Assembly (NCBI GenBank): GCA_963665815.1
Contig: OY762463.1
Coordinates: forward strand, 3,296,001-3,360,000
Reading direction: 5' to 3'
From: Candidatus Cloacimonadales bacterium
GTDB lineage: Bacteria; Cloacimonadota; Cloacimonadia; Cloacimonadales; JAIOQZ01
Length of the DNA: 64,000 bases
Shown here one piece after another: positions 60,694 through 64,000 of this stretch (the first letter of the stretch is position 1; every line of letters begins with the position of its first letter). The position numbers and the translations under genes were made by a program. Under the pieces are notes generated by a model. That model searched no databases. It was given only the letters and a program-made list of their open reading frames with translations, and had not been told where the DNA came from.

Positions 60694-62115
60694 ATGAAAA
60701 GAGGAATAATGAAAAAGACTCTCAAAACATATATAAAAGAAATTGCAGCGGAGAAACCGCATATTAATGACATTGAAAAGTTCACAAAGAAGCTTAAAGA
60801 AGTTTCCGGAACAGAGTACACTGAAAAGAGACTTGAAAACATGGTTACAGACTATTTCAACGAGACTGATTCCGCGCTGTACAATCCAAAGAAAGGGTTG
60901 ATATACAAGGATGATTTCTTCAGTAATACTTCATTTCAGGTAGAACTGACCGATTATGAGAAGAAACACGGACTTTTGATAGTTGGTGACAAACTTACAC
61001 CTTTTGTTGCTGTTGTGGATTCACTTTCACTCACATTAACTGATGATAGCTCACAATTATTGAAGTGTGAAAATATTTCCATACCTTACGAAAGTAACAT
61101 GAACAGTTTTTCCTTCATGACGATTTTCGAAGCTTCTAATATCTTTAAGCTGAAGGGAAACAAGATAGAGGTTACTGCTTTTGATATCAGTGAATTACTT
61201 GCTAAAACAGATGTTGAGAAGAACATGGTGATTGAGTTTACTCCCGTGGATTATGACAACGTGCAGTATTCTGTCAAGATTACTGAGATTGACCAGGAGC
61301 TTACAGATAGATTCAGAACTTACTGGGAAAATTCTTTCTCTGCCTGTAGTGAGTTCAGTTTTAACACATGCGAAAGGTTTTTGTTCAATGCTATGGTAAG
61401 ATTACCTGCGATTGTTCTGAAAAATACTATTCAACCTCTGAAAATGCTGATTGAGTCCAGTGCCAAGATCGAGCTGTTTTATACCGGCACAGAATCACAG
61501 ATCAGGATTAAGGGATACGAACTGGTTGAGGACATAATGGATAAGTATAACTCCAGACAGGATATGCCTAAGCAGACCGTGAAAACTATAGATCATGTGC
61601 TTGTTCAGCTTCAGTGCCCATATAACGGCGATTATGTATTCTCTTTTATGCTGCTGCAGTATAATGAGAATGATGAATTCAGCTATAAGAAATTGGCAGA
61701 TAGGTTATTCGGACTGGAAACAGTTCCGTTTCTGAATGAACATCAGAAAAAAGTATTTGGTGATGAGATTCAGGACATTGAGAATACTGTGAGAAGAACT
61801 AACGGGAAACATAATGTGGACGCTTACACTGAATTGTTAAAGGCAGTAATAGAACTGAAAGACACTCAGATAAAAGCTTTGCTTAAGCTTGAACAGAAAA
61901 TGATGTATTTCAGTCTGCTTGATCCTCAGATATTGGAACCTCTTGATTTTATTGATGAGTATACGGGTGATTTTTTCCATTCCGTGAAATTCTGGGATGA
62001 AGAGTACCTCAAGAAGTACAACACTACGTACAAAAGCAAGATTGCTTTTCTGAAATCTAAACTCGCTGAGCTTGAAAAAGCAGTTGCGGAATTGGGAGAT
62101 GGGGAAGAGAGTTAG
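60694..62115 (+). CDS. Hypothetical protein
   Basis: 473-aa ORF; likely start is ATG 60709 after GAGG; no recognisable motif or signal peptide. Confidence 0.7.
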   Translation: MKRGIMKKTLKTYIKEIAAEKPHINDIEKFTKKLKEVSGTEYTEKRLENMVTDYFNETDSALYNPKKGLIYKDDFFSNTSFQVELTDYEKKHGLLIVGDKLTPFVAVVDSLSLTLTDDSSQLLKCENISIPYESNMNSFSFMTIFEASNIFKLKGNKIEVTAFDISELLAKTDVEKNMVIEFTPVDYDNVQYSVKITEIDQELTDRFRTYWENSFSACSEFSFNTCERFLFNAMVRLPAIVLKNTIQPLKMLIESSAKIELFYTGTESQIRIKGYELVEDIMDKYNSRQDMPKQTVKTIDHVLVQLQCPYNGDYVFSFMLLQYNENDEFSYKKLADRLFGLETVPFLNEHQKKVFGDEIQDIENTVRRTNGKHNVDAYTELLKAVIELKDTQIKALLKLEQKMMYFSLLDPQILEPLDFIDEYTGDFFHSVKFWDEEYLKKYNTTYKSKIAFLKSKLAELEKAVAELGDGEES

Positions 62116-62280
62116 GCTGACATAAGAATTACCGGTGTAGTTGGAAAAACCCTGATACTTGAGTTTAAAGGTAAATCCATTGTGCTAAGCCAGGATGAAC
62201 AGGCAGAATTCGGGTTAATCTACAGCATAGAACCGGATTCTGTTATTGTGCAGGTGAAGGACAGCTTCTTTACTAATAAT

Positions 62281-62378
62281 CTCGTAGCGAAAGCGAGAGA
62301 TCGTTTCCGAAATTCTCCGGGTGAAACCCGAGAATCATAGGAAACACCTTATTGTTCGAGCAAAAGTGAGAACAAGTT
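62281..62378. repeat. Hairpin-rich element (three stem-loops)
   Basis: CTCGTAGC-GAAA-GCGAG; GTTTCC..ATTCTCCGGGT-GAA-ACCCGAGAAT..GGAAAC; TTGTTC...GAACAA. Confidence 0.5.
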
Positions 62379-63138
62379 GATGATAACAGGTTTTCGTTTA
62401 TACAGAGATTCACTGATGATTTATGAAACAGATATTGCCGGAGATTTCTCTTATACGGACTCACTACTTGCTAATGGTGATTATCTTTACTACGTTAGAG
62501 CTGTTTATGAAGAGGGTGTATCACTTCCATCCGAATCGGTTATTGTACCTGTTCATTTTCCTTATGCTCCTGTAAATCTTGAAGTAGAATCTTCCCGAGA
62601 TACCGTATTCATTCACTGGGATGACTCTGAATATGCCAGTCCTGAAGAAATAGTACGTTATAAGATATATCAGAGCAGCAGTCTTCTTAACAATATGTAT
62701 ATCAGTAATAACCGTGAATATGAAATTTCCGGATTGCAATCCGATGAATATACTTACAGAATAAAAGCAATTTATGATTTTGGAGAATCCGGTTATTCCG
62801 ATACAGCTTCAGTACTTGTGGAATATGTCGGAAACGGAACAGAAGACATAGAACAATATACAACAGATCTTTCCGGCAATTACCCGAACCCGTTTAACCC
62901 GGAAACAACAATAGAATTTTCTCTAAAGGAACAGTCTTATACACAGCTTAGTATATATAACCTTAAAGGACAGAAAGTAAAGACTCTGGTTAATGCACAA
63001 CTGGATAAGGGCAACCACAGCACCACCTGGAAAGGTGATGATGATAACGGTAGTAAAGTTGGTTCCGGTGTCTATTTCTATAAGCTGCAGGTGAATGGGA
63101 AAACAATAGATTTAAGGAAATGTCTGCTGTTGAAGTAA
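62377..63138 (+). pseudogene. 5'-truncated secreted protein: FN3 repeats + T9SS/FlgD-type C-terminal sorting domain
   Basis: Begins mid-FN3 (ITGFRLYRD) with no signal peptide or RBS; YYVRAVY, YRIKAIY; NYPNPFNPETTI...SGVYFYKL. Confidence 0.65.
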
Positions 63139-63294
63139 CTGCACCTTCCAAATGGTCTTTAGACCTTTAGAATGGTGTTAGATAATAAAAATATACACAA
63201 TATACTGCTCTGAAGAAATTCGGGACTTTTTCTTTAAGAAATGATGTTTCAACATCACATTTTGTACAGCTAAAGCAGTACTCTCATATAGTCC

Positions 63295-63655
63295 TCTTCG
63301 CAATGGACATGTCCTTGCGAAGCGTGGTCTTTGTGAGTCAATGTGAAATCGACATTGTCGATTTACTCCGGTAAATCCAGGTTCTAATCTCTGTAGAGAC
63401 GCTGCATGCAACGTCTAATCCTGAGACAACCGTCCGGTTGTCTCTACGCGTATAGCAGGACTGTACAAGCTCGTACAGACAAAGTTCTCCCTCGTCAGGG
63501 AGATGTCGAGCGTGCGAGACAGAGGATTTAAAACACGGAACAATTATTTTTGTATTCCCTTCGCAATGGACCTGTCCTTGCGAAAGGGGGTTTGACTGGC
63601 TCTAAGGGGTATTTTTGGGAGTGCATTGACTGTGTCAATGTGAAATCGACATAGT
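63295..63655. repeat. Mosaic cluster of GTAG-type REP-like palindromes
   Basis: GTAGAGACGCTGCATGCAACGTCT; GAGACAACCGTCCGGTTGTCTCTAC; two copies of TTCGCAATGGACnTGTCCTTGCGAA; two copies of GTCAATGTGAAATCGACAT. Confidence 0.7.
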
Positions 63656-63733
63656 CAATATACTCAATATCTTGTGCTCATTGTAAGTGGTACGTAGGCA
63701 TCCGTCTTCGTTATAACTACACCGGATTGCACC

Positions 63734-63979
63734 CCTCTTTATTTTGATAACAATGTTAATATCAAATACAAACATGATAGAAAATAGAAACAGACAACTT
63801 GAAAGAAAATTGAAAGACATAGATGGCTTTGGTGCAATTACCAATGCAAAAAAATTCTTGCAAATATGGTTTCACTTTCAGAAAATGAAATATAAATAAA
63901 AATCAGAATAACTCCAATATTTATTTTGAAATTATTCTGATTTAAAAATAATTATTAGACCCAGTTATTTGGACACTGC
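63734..63979 (+). mobile_element. Degraded DDE transposase C-terminal fragment and putative terminal repeat
   Basis: TNMIENRNRQLERKLKDIDGF...AKKFLQIW* (63768-63899) resembles the TNxIExxN catalytic-Glu region of IS256/IS6-like transposases; CCCAGTTATTTGGACACTGC follows. Confidence 0.5.
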
Positions 63980-64000
63980 TAAAAATAATTGTTAGACCCG

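Noticed and set aside
62281-62378. Group II intron domain V
   Set aside because: No AGC/CGC triad helix in domain-V geometry and no intron-encoded protein
63295-63655. Possible CRISPR array
   Set aside because: Units are heterogeneous palindromes with irregular spacing, at most two copies each, and there are no cas genes in the window

Overview
Bacterial chromosomal window, AT-rich and diderm (it has a FadL-type outer-membrane gene, lipoproteins and FlgI). The NYPNPFNP...IYNxKGQKV...SGVYFYKL C-terminal sorting domains suggest Cloacimonadota or an FCB-group relative; this taxon call is inference only. Most of the window is housekeeping: pheS/pheT-zapB-like-zapA-6S RNA-rny-ymdB-folD, ftcd, guaD, prfA, rpmE, tdh-acpS-kbl, rsmI, ybaB-recR, ribE, and a flagellar block (flgI-flgJ-flgN-flgK-csrA-flgL-fliW) behind a sigma54 promoter. 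Accessory highlights are: (1) two large paralogous, module-shuffled adhesin-like secreted proteins ending in near-identical dockerin-like domains, flanking a cohesin-like/lamin-tail protein with a T9SS/FlgD-type sorting domain, which together look like a non-cellulosomal cohesin-dockerin surface display system; (2) a glycosyltransferase + ATP-grasp ligase + carboxyethyl-ornithine-synthase-like operon that could decorate a glycan with an opine; (3) a solitary nuclease-NACHT (NLR-like) candidate defence gene followed by an IS256-like end remnant; (4) an AT-rich KAP NTPase islet next to a truncated dnaB; (5) an EIIA-antiporter-PII-like module; (6) several palindrome-rich non-coding elements and an IS remnant. 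No rRNA, tRNA or CRISPR array was recognised. All family assignments come from reading motifs by eye; no searches were run.
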